64,000 nucleotides of DNA from SAR202 cluster bacterium AC-647-P02_OGT_505m (lineage in GTDB: Bacteria > Chloroflexota > Dehalococcoidia > Lucifugimonadales > UBA826). The DNA lies in assembly GCA_009391195.1 (NCBI GenBank), contig VEXB01000002.1, forward strand, positions 20,214 through 84,213, in the 5' to 3' direction. Below, piece by piece: positions 29,457 to 38,475 of the stretch. A model generated the notes under the pieces. The model saw only the letters and a list, made by a program, of their open reading frames with translations. It was not told the DNA's origin and searched no databases. Within the stretch, counting starts at the first letter, position 1, and each line of letters opens with the position of its first letter. A program made the position numbers and the translations under genes.

Positions 29457-30266
29457 TTACGATATATCTATTATTTTGAAAGTTGTGCTTCCTTTTGGGG
29501 TATCAGCAACTGCCAACTGTCCTGCTCTCTTGCCGATAAACGCTTTGCCCAAAGGGGATGCGTCGGAGATTTTTCCCTCTAAGGGATTGGCTTCTGATGG
29601 ACTAACCAAAGTGTATTTGGATTTTTTCTTTTTGGAAACTTCCTCTACCCGTATGGTTGCTCCTACCCTAGCACTTTTCGTGCCCTTTCCACTTCCGTCT
29701 GCAATTATTGCCGTACGAAGCATTGAGTCGATTTCTTTGATTCTCGCTTCTTCACGTCCCTGCTGTTCTCTCGCGGCCTCCAGAGGAGCATTTTCCCTAA
29801 CATCACCATCCGAGGCAGCTCTATGAATTGCCTCGCTGATGGGGACTCGATTAGATTCTAAACCAGACTTTTCGGTGACGAGTTGGTTGTAGCCTTCTTG
29901 AGTCATCTGCTGACCACGGTTGAGTACCTCATCTCCCTTGGAGTCTAACGAAGTTCTTGGTCTTCTAATTCGAAAATGAGTTGAAAGATTTACTTGGGTC
30001 TGGCTGTTATCAAATGCAAACTTCAGAAACTTTCGGACTGATTGAAGCCCTTCTAAAGCTTCTGGTGCACTGCTATTTTTGCAGGCCTCTTCTGCGTATG
30101 TGCCAATTTGGGAAGGAGTTATTGTTGCTAGATCGGTATCTCCCTGAAAATGTTTGACGAATCTGTTTAGCTCCCTCACAGCGGCTGGTGTTTTATCTTT
30201 GTCTTTCAAACCCTCTGTGTAGGTTCCGACAGCTGGAAGAAGTCTTTTAGTTTCATCGTTAACCAA
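29457..30266 (-). CDS. GreA/GreB-family transcript cleavage factor with a 120-aa N-terminal extension
   Basis: Residues 121-269 form a complete GreA-like unit (MTQEGYNQL..., GDVRENAPLEAAREQQ acidic tip, C-terminal globular domain). The frame stays open for 120 more codons to a TTG with a GGAGG RBS. Confidence 0.7.
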   Translation of the reverse strand: MVNDETKRLLPAVGTYTEGLKDKDKTPAAVRELNRFVKHFQGDTDLATITPSQIGTYAEEACKNSSAPEALEGLQSVRKFLKFAFDNSQTQVNLSTHFRIRRPRTSLDSKGDEVLNRGQQMTQEGYNQLVTEKSGLESNRVPISEAIHRAASDGDVRENAPLEAAREQQGREEARIKEIDSMLRTAIIADGSGKGTKSARVGATIRVEEVSKKKKSKYTLVSPSEANPLEGKISDASPLGKAFIGKRAGQLAVADTPKGSTTFKIIDIS

Positions 30267-30556
30267 GGCAGAACCTCCAAAATTTCACGTTAATCCGATA
30301 ACCATGTTAGCAAAACAGGTTGGTTGCCTGTCAACGACCCAGCCTTCGCAATAGCATATAACAAAAAGAGCGGGGAGATTCTTTTCGGATGTTTAAGTAA
30401 TCTTGTTCGATAGGTTATCATCGGTTTTCATGATAGATTTCCAGTGATGTTGGGGAAAAGTTCTATTTGATAACCATGATAGGTATAAACATGGCGATAC
30501 TTCTCGACAGATGTTAAATTACTCGTTGGATTTTATAAGGGGAGTTTTACTCAGGA

Positions 30557-32119
30557 ATGAATACATCTGAGTTTCTAAATATCACGTCTTTGATTGTTCC
30601 AGATCGAACCGCGGTAATTTTTGATGGCAGGAGAATTACTTATTCCGACCTTGCATTGAGGGTGGCTAAACTTGCAAATGCACTACGTCAATTGGGTGTT
30701 GAGAAAGGTGACCGAATTGCGACGATGGAGGTCAATTGCAACGAACATATTGAAACTTACTTTGCCGCTGCCAAATTGGACGCAATATATGTCCCGATCA
30801 ATTTTAGGGCTTCCCAATCAGAACTTGAATATATGCTTAATGATTCATCTCCCACGGTGTTGCTTGCGGGTTCCAGATATACGGACATGATTGAGCTTAT
30901 ATCGTCCAAAGTAGAAAGCCTAAAGGCATTGATTGTGATAGATGGTGTTGCGGAAGGTTGGCATACATACGAGAGAATAGTGGATTCTGCGCCTGATGAC
31001 GAAATATATCCAGAATCAGATGAAGATGACTTGACGATGCTGATGTTCACGGCGGGAACTACTGGTTTTCCCAAAGGTGTGATGTTGAGTCACGATAGTT
31101 TTTCTTCCTATATTCTCAGCAATGTTTCTCCTCCAGATATGGAAGTAGAGGAAAAAAATATTTTAACGGTTCCTCTCTACCACATAGCGGGGGTACAGGC
31201 AGTAATGGCGGCTGTCTATGGTGGAAGAACTCTGATTATTCAAAGACAATTTGAACCTGTTGAGTGGATGACTTTGGTTGAACAGGAAAAAGCCAATAGG
31301 GCAATGATGGTACCCACTATGTTGAAGATGATTTTGGACCATCAGGAATTTCAAAACCATGACTTATCAAGTCTTGAAGTTATTACCTATGGTGCAGCCC
31401 CAATGCCATTAGAAGTTATACGTCGTGCGATAGCGATGTTACCTGGGACATTTTTTATAAATGCTTTCGGGCAAACTGAGACGGCTGCCACTATAACTAT
31501 GTTGCCTCCCGAGGATCATATCTTGGAGGGCTCTGATGAAGAAATAGAAGTGAAATTAAAGAGGTTAACTTCTATTGGGAAACCATTAGAGGATGTGGAA
31601 GTTAGAATTGTGAGCGATGAGGGGAAGCAGGTTGAGTTAGGGGAAACAGGGGAAATAGTTGCGAGAGGATCACGATTGATGAAGGGGTATTGGAAGCAAG
31701 AACAGGCCACCGCTGAAGCTTTGAGGGGAGGATGGCTCTATACGGGAGACCTTGGCTATTTTGATGAGGATGGTTATATATTTTTATCTGGTAGAGCTAA
31801 GGACTTTATAAAAAGGGGAGGGGAAATGGTTTCTCCGGAAGAGGTAGAGCAGGTTCTGCATTCTCATCCAGCGATTGACGAGGCTGCCATCATTGGTGTG
31901 CCTGATCTAGATTGGGGGGAGCGAGTCCGGGCTATCGTGGTCGCCAAGTCAGGAGAGACGATAGATAGTTCTGAGGTGATTGAGTATTGCAGATCTCGGC
32001 TATCCAGTTTTAAGAAACCCGAGTCAGTTGTAGTTGTGGATGAACTACCAAGAAATCCACTTGGCAAGGTTTTGAAGAGAATTTTGAGGGAGAACTACAA
32101 TTATCCAATAGTTGGGTGA
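30557..32119 (+). CDS. AMP-dependent acyl-CoA synthetase/ligase
   Basis: 520 aa. FTAGTTGFPKGV AMP-binding motif, YGQTE-like FGQTE, and GDLGYFDEDGY. Confidence 0.9.
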   Translation: MNTSEFLNITSLIVPDRTAVIFDGRRITYSDLALRVAKLANALRQLGVEKGDRIATMEVNCNEHIETYFAAAKLDAIYVPINFRASQSELEYMLNDSSPTVLLAGSRYTDMIELISSKVESLKALIVIDGVAEGWHTYERIVDSAPDDEIYPESDEDDLTMLMFTAGTTGFPKGVMLSHDSFSSYILSNVSPPDMEVEEKNILTVPLYHIAGVQAVMAAVYGGRTLIIQRQFEPVEWMTLVEQEKANRAMMVPTMLKMILDHQEFQNHDLSSLEVITYGAAPMPLEVIRRAIAMLPGTFFINAFGQTETAATITMLPPEDHILEGSDEEIEVKLKRLTSIGKPLEDVEVRIVSDEGKQVELGETGEIVARGSRLMKGYWKQEQATAEALRGGWLYTGDLGYFDEDGYIFLSGRAKDFIKRGGEMVSPEEVEQVLHSHPAIDEAAIIGVPDLDWGERVRAIVVAKSGETIDSSEVIEYCRSRLSSFKKPESVVVVDELPRNPLGKVLKRILRENYNYPIVG

Positions 32120-32159
32120 CCATTCATCTCTAGATAATAAATTTTGAAGGATGTCATAA

Positions 32160-33398
32160 ATGAAAATCACTAATATAGAAAACTTTATCGTTGATGCTGG
32201 TTGGAGACCTTGGGGATTCGTCAAAGTGGAGACGGACGAGGGTATAACTGGGTGGGGTGAGTGTAGTGACGGGCGGTCGCCAAATGGAGTTGCAGGCACA
32301 ATCGAGGATTTGAAACCTGTCTTGATAGGAACTGATCCTAGGGAATTTGAGATGAGATTTTGGGATATGTTTAGGGCCACCCGTCAAAGCCCGGGAGGGA
32401 TTGCGGCAAAGGCTCTTGCGGGGTTGGACTGCGCCTTCATAGATATCAAAGCCAAAAGCCTTGGAATTTCAGTTCCAGAGCTTTTTGGGGGTCCAACTCG
32501 TGAAAGAGTACGTGTGTACTGGTCTCACTGCGGGACTTCTCGAGTTGGGAATAATGAACTTATTGGAGTACCTGCTCTTAGGACGTGGGATGATATTACT
32601 AATTTAGGTAAAGAAGTAGTTGAACGAGGATTTACAGCTCTAAAGACGAATATTATTGGTCCTGGCGATACCCCCGTACATTTTGGTGGCGGATTTGGAG
32701 GTGGTAAAGGGAGTACTGATCAGGTGGTCACGAAAGGTGTGCTTCGCCATGTGGAGAAGTTGATCGGTACATTTAGAGATGCAGTTGGTCCAGATGTTGA
32801 TATAAACCTTGATATTAACTTCAATTTTAAAACCGAGGCGTGTCTCAGGATAGCTCAAGTATTGGAACAGTTCGATATGCTTTGGTTAGAGATAGATATG
32901 TATCAACCTGAGAGTATAAGGCAAATAAAAGACTCAACTACTACTAGGATATGTACAGGTGAAAATCTTTTTTACATGAGGGATTATTTACCTTATTTTC
33001 AACAACATGCTGCGGATATGTTCATGATTGACGTGCCCTGGAATGGGTTCAGCCAATCCAAGAAAGTGGGAGATTTGGCCGAGGTTTTTCAGCATAACGT
33101 GGCTCCTCACAATTACTATAGCCATCTATCTACTTTTGTGAGTGCTTCTCTTTGTGCCTCTTTACCAAATATTCGAATCATGGAAATTGATATAGACGAT
33201 GTACCATGGAAAGACGAGTTGACAACTTCTAAGCCCGAAATTATTGATGGTTATATGACGGTTCCAGCTGGACCGGGTTGGGGGGCAGACATAAATGAGG
33301 AAGTTGCAAGAGCTCATCCATGGAAAGGTACCAGGGTCGGATATAGTTCTAGGGGAAACACCCCGTCAGAATTGTCATATGGGTTACCTTCCATCTAA
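32160..33398 (+). CDS. Enolase-superfamily enzyme (mandelate racemase / muconate lactonizing / acid-sugar dehydratase family)
   Basis: 412 aa. N-terminal capping domain MKITNIENF...VETDEGITGWGE and barrel motifs LWLEID and TGENL. Confidence 0.8.
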   Translation: MKITNIENFIVDAGWRPWGFVKVETDEGITGWGECSDGRSPNGVAGTIEDLKPVLIGTDPREFEMRFWDMFRATRQSPGGIAAKALAGLDCAFIDIKAKSLGISVPELFGGPTRERVRVYWSHCGTSRVGNNELIGVPALRTWDDITNLGKEVVERGFTALKTNIIGPGDTPVHFGGGFGGGKGSTDQVVTKGVLRHVEKLIGTFRDAVGPDVDINLDINFNFKTEACLRIAQVLEQFDMLWLEIDMYQPESIRQIKDSTTTRICTGENLFYMRDYLPYFQQHAADMFMIDVPWNGFSQSKKVGDLAEVFQHNVAPHNYYSHLSTFVSASLCASLPNIRIMEIDIDDVPWKDELTTSKPEIIDGYMTVPAGPGWGADINEEVARAHPWKGTRVGYSSRGNTPSELSYGLPSI

Positions 33399-34240
33399 AT
33401 TTCTTCTGGAATAGCTTGTCCGGATTGAAGGGTTTTTATAAGTGTAGCGGTTGCCTGTGGACGCTCCATATACATGTTGTGGCCAGTGTTCATGACAGTG
33501 CAGAAGTGAATATTGTTTTTGATCCGTGAGAGTTCCTTTACAGGTTGAAATACGCTTTGTCTTTCCTCACTGGCCATAAAAAGTGTTGGAACCTTTAATT
33601 TTTGGAGTGTTGGGAGCAAGTCAAAGTAGTCACCATCTCGATCTTTCCAACTCAGAGTCTGCGTTGCCCATTTCATGTCAAGCCGGCCATCTTCATTTAT
33701 AAATGTCTCGTGTTCAACAACGTCCTTGATAACCTCTGACGTCCATTTTTTTGTTACCTCGTGTTTTGATAAAACCTGGGTGAGCTCTTCCTTATTTGAC
33801 CACGTGGTTCTGGGTCGAGTTTCCCGAGCTGAAACCATTCGCTGAAATTTTTCATCTACGGTTATCATCGGTTCCAATAAAACAATGAAATTAAATGCAC
33901 TTGGTTTTCGAGCAGCATAAAGTGCTAGGGCAATTCCTCCTGTGGAATGAGCCACCACTGTGTCAGCATGCCCGTCAAAAACATTATTCACAAAATTTTC
34001 GATGTTATGTGAGCGTTCGACAAATCTATAGCCAGAAAACGGCCAATCACTGTTGCCATGTCCAAAAAGATCCATTGCTGTGACGGTATGTGTCAAAGCT
34101 AATTTCCGGGACAAAGCATCAAAGCTTCTGGATGTTCTCATATCTCCATGAATGAGAAGTATGGTGCTATTTCCGGTGCCCATTTGCACATAATGTGACT
34201 TGAGTCCTTCTAGCTCTACAAAATGATTCGTGGGTTTCAT
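33395..34240 (-). CDS. Alpha/beta hydrolase
   Basis: 281 aa. HG oxyanion motif (LIHGD), nucleophile elbow AHSTGG, and a C-terminal GH. Confidence 0.8.
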   Translation of the reverse strand: MKPTNHFVELEGLKSHYVQMGTGNSTILLIHGDMRTSRSFDALSRKLALTHTVTAMDLFGHGNSDWPFSGYRFVERSHNIENFVNNVFDGHADTVVAHSTGGIALALYAARKPSAFNFIVLLEPMITVDEKFQRMVSARETRPRTTWSNKEELTQVLSKHEVTKKWTSEVIKDVVEHETFINEDGRLDMKWATQTLSWKDRDGDYFDLLPTLQKLKVPTLFMASEERQSVFQPVKELSRIKNNIHFCTVMNTGHNMYMERPQATATLIKTLQSGQAIPEEI

Positions 34241-34284
34241 CAGTTATATATCAGATATTTCAGTTGTCTTACATTGCTGGGACT

Positions 34285-34324
34285 AAAAAAGCCAGTTCCG
34301 AAATATTTCGGAACTGGCTTTTTT
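34285..34324. terminator. Bidirectional rho-independent terminator
   Basis: AAAAAA-GCCAGTTCCGAAAT/ATTTCGGAACTGGC-TTTTTT. This is a perfect palindrome flanked by A6 and T6, located 17 nt past the stop of the MoaD-like gene. Confidence 0.85.
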
Positions 34325-34340
34325 CACTTAATTGATCGCT

Positions 34341-34607
34341 TCATACACCGCCGGATATGGCCGGAAGAAAGTGAACTTCACTGTCTGTCGAGACTTTTTC
34401 TATCATACCTAAAGGGGTTATTTCCCCATCAATTGCTACAGCTATATTAGGCTTAACCCTTCCGTCTTCCACAAGCCGTTCTTTAAAACCAGGGAATATC
34501 TCGTCTAGGTTGTCAATCACCTGTCTTACATTGTTACCCTCCACTGATACTCTTTGCTCTCCATTGGAGAGTTTCTGCATCAGTGAAGGTATGAAAACAA
34601 GTGCCAT
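34341..34607 (-). CDS. MoaD/ThiS-family ubiquitin-like sulfur carrier protein, C-terminus AISGG-V
   Basis: 88 aa, same fold pattern as 21777..22055 (FPGFKERL..., HFLPAISGGV). Last gene of the Mo-hydroxylase operon. Confidence 0.75.
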   Translation of the reverse strand: MALVFIPSLMQKLSNGEQRVSVEGNNVRQVIDNLDEIFPGFKERLVEDGRVKPNIAVAIDGEITPLGMIEKVSTDSEVHFLPAISGGV

Positions 34608-34620
34608 TACAGATGTATAT

Positions 34621-36867
34621 TTATTCTGCGTCAGCAGATTGTATAGCTCCCGGACTCATCGGTAGAGAAGTCATGCGCTTTCCTGTCGCGTCATATATAG
34701 CATTCGCTAAAGCGGGTGTGGGGGGCACTATGTTCGCCTCTCCAACCCCTCTGACTCCGAATGGATGTCCTGGGTTTGCTACTTCTACTATAACTGTATC
34801 TATCATTGGAAGATCTAGGGATGTTGGCATTCTGTAGTCTAGTAGACTAGAGTTTGTCATCGTTCCCTCGTCGTTCATGAAGTATTCTTCATTCAAGGCC
34901 CAACCAATGCCTTGGACGCTACCACCCTGCATTTGGCCTTCGACGTAACTCGGATGAATTGCTTTGCCTACGTCTTGGACGCATGTGAATCTTTCTACGG
35001 TGGTTTTTCCGGTGTCGGGATCTACTGACACATCAGCGATGTTTCCCGCAAATGATCCGCCCACACCCGATGGGTTCACCGAGGCTGAACCAGAGATTCC
35101 ACCTCCTGTGTCACTTAGTTGCTCTGCCAATTCTTTGAAGGTCATCTTGAGTTCAGAGTCACTCTGGGAACTTATGACGCCGTCTTCCATCTGAAGATTG
35201 TTGGCATCGACATCCCATATTATTGCAGCTCTATCAATACATTGTTTCTTCACATCTTGAGCCGCTTCATATGCTGCCCAACCAGTGGCAAAAGTTGTTC
35301 TGCTGCCCCCAGTTACTGCAGTGAATCCAATGGTATCTGTGTCTACAACAGAAGGTCTAACGTCTTCAACGGGAATTCCCAGAACCTCGGCTGCGTGCAT
35401 CGCGATGGAGGTTCTAGATCCTCCAATATCTGTGGAGCCCTCTGTCAGGTTGACTGAGCCATCTTTGTTAACAGCTATGTTGCATGCTGAGTCGAATCCG
35501 ATGTTGAACCAAAATCCTATGGATATTCCTCTGCCGGTTCCTTCTGCTTTTGCAGACTGGTAATGAGGATGATCGCGCATGGCTTCGAGCACTTCCTTTG
35601 CTCCAATTCTGCCAAACACCGGTCCGTCAGGTCTTCTGGTTCCTTCTGTAGCGACGTTTTTAAGGCGTAGTTCTATTGGATCCATTCCAAGTTTTTCAGC
35701 CAGTTCATTGATAGCTTGTTCTGCTCCAAAAGCCGCGTTGGGTGCTCCAGGGGCTCGGTAGGCCGCTGTTTTGGGCTTATTGACGACCACATCAAAACCG
35801 TCAATTGTGGAGTTTTCAACATCATAGGTGGAGAACACGCATTGAACTGCTGCTCCCACTGGAGATCCAGGGTATGCTCCGGCTTCCATAGCCATCCATG
35901 CATATGCAGCAGTGATCGTACCATCGTGTTTAGCCCCGATCTTGATCTTTATTTGTGATCCTGGAGTCGGACCTGAGGCCTCAAAAGTTTCTTTTCGGCT
36001 CATCACTATTTTCACAGGAGCCCCAGTTTTACGGGAAAGTAGAGCAGCCACTGGTTCCAAATAAATTGGAATCTTTCCACCGAATCCGCCCCCAATCTCC
36101 GTTGGAGTTACTCTTACCATCGAGACGGGCATGTCAAGTAACTCAGCTAGGCTATCCCTAACAACAAATGATCCCTGAGTACTACACCAAACGTGTAGTC
36201 TTCCGTCAGGGCTCCAGAGAGCAGTAGCGTTATGGGGTTCTATGTACCCTTGGTGAACTGTTTTTGTGTTGTATTCCCTTTCAACAACTACGTCAGCTTC
36301 CGCGAATCCTTTTGATATGTCGCCTTTTACATGTTGCGTATGAGAGGCTACGTTACTAACAACCCCTGTATCTTTTCCGAGTTCTTCAGTAGTTAAAGAG
36401 TCGTGTAGTATCGAGGCGTTTGTTGCCATCGCTTCCTGGGTTGTTAACACCGGCGTAAGTACTTCGTATTCTACGTCAATAAGGCCAAGAGCCGATTCTG
36501 CGACGTGAGGATTTGAGGCCGCAACTCCGACGATTGCTTGACCAACGTACAGAGCCTTATCGCTCGCTAGGATATTGTCTTTTAGCCATTGGTTACCGAC
36601 TTCTGGAAAGTCTTTTGAAGTAACAACAGCCTTAACCCCGTCCAGTTTTTCCGCCTTGCTAGTGTCAATTGAAACTATTTTAGCGTGGGCGTGTGGACTT
36701 CTCAAAATTTTTCCGTGAAGTAACCCTGCGGCATCAAAGTCAGCCCCATAAATCGCTCTGCCGGTTACTTTGTCTGCGCCGTCGTGGCGGACTGGTCTTG
36801 TTCCTATTACCTTATAGTCAGTGTCGGTAGCAAGGACCATATTTCTTTCATAGTCGGCCGTTGTCAT
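34621..36867 (-). CDS. Xanthine dehydrogenase / aldehyde oxidase family molybdopterin-binding large subunit
   Basis: 748 aa. GGGFGGK motif, AAYRAPGAP active-site loop region, and a C-terminal GVGE motif. Confidence 0.88.
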   Translation of the reverse strand: MTTADYERNMVLATDTDYKVIGTRPVRHDGADKVTGRAIYGADFDAAGLLHGKILRSPHAHAKIVSIDTSKAEKLDGVKAVVTSKDFPEVGNQWLKDNILASDKALYVGQAIVGVAASNPHVAESALGLIDVEYEVLTPVLTTQEAMATNASILHDSLTTEELGKDTGVVSNVASHTQHVKGDISKGFAEADVVVEREYNTKTVHQGYIEPHNATALWSPDGRLHVWCSTQGSFVVRDSLAELLDMPVSMVRVTPTEIGGGFGGKIPIYLEPVAALLSRKTGAPVKIVMSRKETFEASGPTPGSQIKIKIGAKHDGTITAAYAWMAMEAGAYPGSPVGAAVQCVFSTYDVENSTIDGFDVVVNKPKTAAYRAPGAPNAAFGAEQAINELAEKLGMDPIELRLKNVATEGTRRPDGPVFGRIGAKEVLEAMRDHPHYQSAKAEGTGRGISIGFWFNIGFDSACNIAVNKDGSVNLTEGSTDIGGSRTSIAMHAAEVLGIPVEDVRPSVVDTDTIGFTAVTGGSRTTFATGWAAYEAAQDVKKQCIDRAAIIWDVDANNLQMEDGVISSQSDSELKMTFKELAEQLSDTGGGISGSASVNPSGVGGSFAGNIADVSVDPDTGKTTVERFTCVQDVGKAIHPSYVEGQMQGGSVQGIGWALNEEYFMNDEGTMTNSSLLDYRMPTSLDLPMIDTVIVEVANPGHPFGVRGVGEANIVPPTPALANAIYDATGKRMTSLPMSPGAIQSADAE

Positions 36868-36872
36868 ACTCT

Positions 36873-37352
36873 TTACGCCTCCTGTAGTCGCTTCGCAGCG
36901 TCTTGGACTGCTCTAACAATTTTGTCATAGCCTGTGCATCGGCATAGGTTATTGGCAAGCCAAAACCTTATCTCATGCTCAGTCGGGTTCGGATTCTGTT
37001 CTAGCAGTGCTTTAGATGAAATTATGAAGCCCGGTGTACAGATTCCACACTGCAAGGCCGCATTTTCTAGGAACGCTAGTTGCAGTGGATGGAGATTGCT
37101 CCCGTCCGCGACACCCTCGATTGTCTCAATGTTGGCACCTTCTGCTTCTACACCGAGTACAAGGCAAGAAGTGACTATCCGTCCGTCTATGTTGACGGTG
37201 CAAGCTCCACAGTTCCCATCGTTGCAGCCCTCTTTGGTGCCTGTGAGACCTATCTCGTCCCTAAGGCATTCAAGTAAGCTCTGTCTGGGTTCACACAGGA
37301 AATCAACATGTTCCCCGTTTATCGTTGTTTGTACGTATGTTTTTCCTGGCAT
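36873..37352 (-). CDS. (2Fe-2S)-binding small subunit of the Mo-hydroxylase
   Basis: 159 aa. CNDGNCGACTV and CGICTPG...CRCTGY cluster motifs. Confidence 0.92.
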   Translation of the reverse strand: MPGKTYVQTTINGEHVDFLCEPRQSLLECLRDEIGLTGTKEGCNDGNCGACTVNIDGRIVTSCLVLGVEAEGANIETIEGVADGSNLHPLQLAFLENAALQCGICTPGFIISSKALLEQNPNPTEHEIRFWLANNLCRCTGYDKIVRAVQDAAKRLQEA

Positions 37353-38231
37353 TTAGCTCGCTCCCTGTGCTCTCTCTACTGCTGTGGTGAGGGCACGTCG
37401 TGTAAGAACATCGCAAAGATGTTTTCGGTAGTCTGCAGTGCCTCTCATATCGGATATTGGTTTCGCTGCGGCCTTGGCGAGATCTGCAGCCTTCTGAATT
37501 GCGCCTTCGCTGACTGGCTGTCCAACAAGGGCCTCTCCTGCTTCCTCTACCAAGAGTGGGGTGGGTGCGACTGAGGCCAAGCTTACTCTCGCAGATGTAA
37601 ATTTGCCGTCCTCAATAGTTACGGAGGCACCTACTCCCGCCACCGCAATGTCCATCTCATTTCTCGGAATGAATCTAATGTAATTAGCCCCAAACCCGGC
37701 GCCATTGCTGGGGAAGTTAATAGATATCAGTAGTTCGTCACTCTCAATGGATGTTTGTCCGGGCCCCGTGCATATATCTTCTACAGGGACTTCTCTCGTA
37801 CCAGAAGGACCTGTGATCGTCGCTACTGCTCTATGTGCAATCATATTTGGGATTGAGTCCCCGCTAGGAGCTGCATTACAAAGGTTCCCACCGAATGAGG
37901 CACGCCCCTGAATCTGGGTACCACCTATGAGCGTGGCAGAGTCGTTCAAAGCAGAGAAATGGCTGTTGACATTGTCGTCGCCATAAATCTTGTAGCATTC
38001 CACTGCTGCCCCTACAGTCAACCCTTTGTTGGCATCGTAACTGAGTTCGTTAAGTTCCGGAATGCTCTTTATGTCTACCACCACGTCAGGATTGACCCGA
38101 GGGTGTCCTACTCTTAGCATGACTATCAGGTCTGTACCACCTGCCATAGCTCTAGCGTTTCCACCTGAATCTGAAAGAAGTTTAACGGCATCTTCTACCG
38201 TATTGGGTTTCTCAAAATCTATCCACTTCAA
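37353..38231 (-). CDS. FAD-binding medium subunit of the Mo-hydroxylase (CoxM/XdhB-like)
   Basis: 292 aa. AGGTDL FAD motif and a C-terminal CO-dehydrogenase flavoprotein domain. Abuts the small-subunit gene with no gap. Confidence 0.88.
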   Translation of the reverse strand: MKWIDFEKPNTVEDAVKLLSDSGGNARAMAGGTDLIVMLRVGHPRVNPDVVVDIKSIPELNELSYDANKGLTVGAAVECYKIYGDDNVNSHFSALNDSATLIGGTQIQGRASFGGNLCNAAPSGDSIPNMIAHRAVATITGPSGTREVPVEDICTGPGQTSIESDELLISINFPSNGAGFGANYIRFIPRNEMDIAVAGVGASVTIEDGKFTSARVSLASVAPTPLLVEEAGEALVGQPVSEGAIQKAADLAKAAAKPISDMRGTADYRKHLCDVLTRRALTTAVERAQGAS

Positions 38232-38475
38232 AAGCCTGCCTCCTTATGCTGCGTCTGAATCATGCATTACACACGCTAAGTTATCCATTTTTACGTCTAT
38301 GACTATGATGGACTTCCCTGTCTGGAAGAACCGAACCAAAGCCAATGTTATAGCCCGATTTGCCGGATCAGTCTAACATATGGATTAAAGGGGAACAATA
38401 AACCAGATTAGTCACTATATATATATAGGAAAAGACGGCTAAACTATCTGCCCGTGGATGGTTAAAATACTCAGG

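Noticed and set aside
34621-38231. The M-S-L Mo-hydroxylase operon as an aerobic carbon monoxide dehydrogenase (coxMSL).
   Set aside because: The large subunit lacks the form I active-site loop VAYRCSFR and has AAYRAPGAP instead. No coxD/E/F-type accessory genes are adjacent. I call it a generic xanthine dehydrogenase family enzyme.
38416-38427. A (TA)6 microsatellite in the promoter region of the Mo-hydroxylase operon.
   Set aside because: It is short and could simply be part of an AT-rich -10/UP region. There is no evidence of phase variation from a single sequence.
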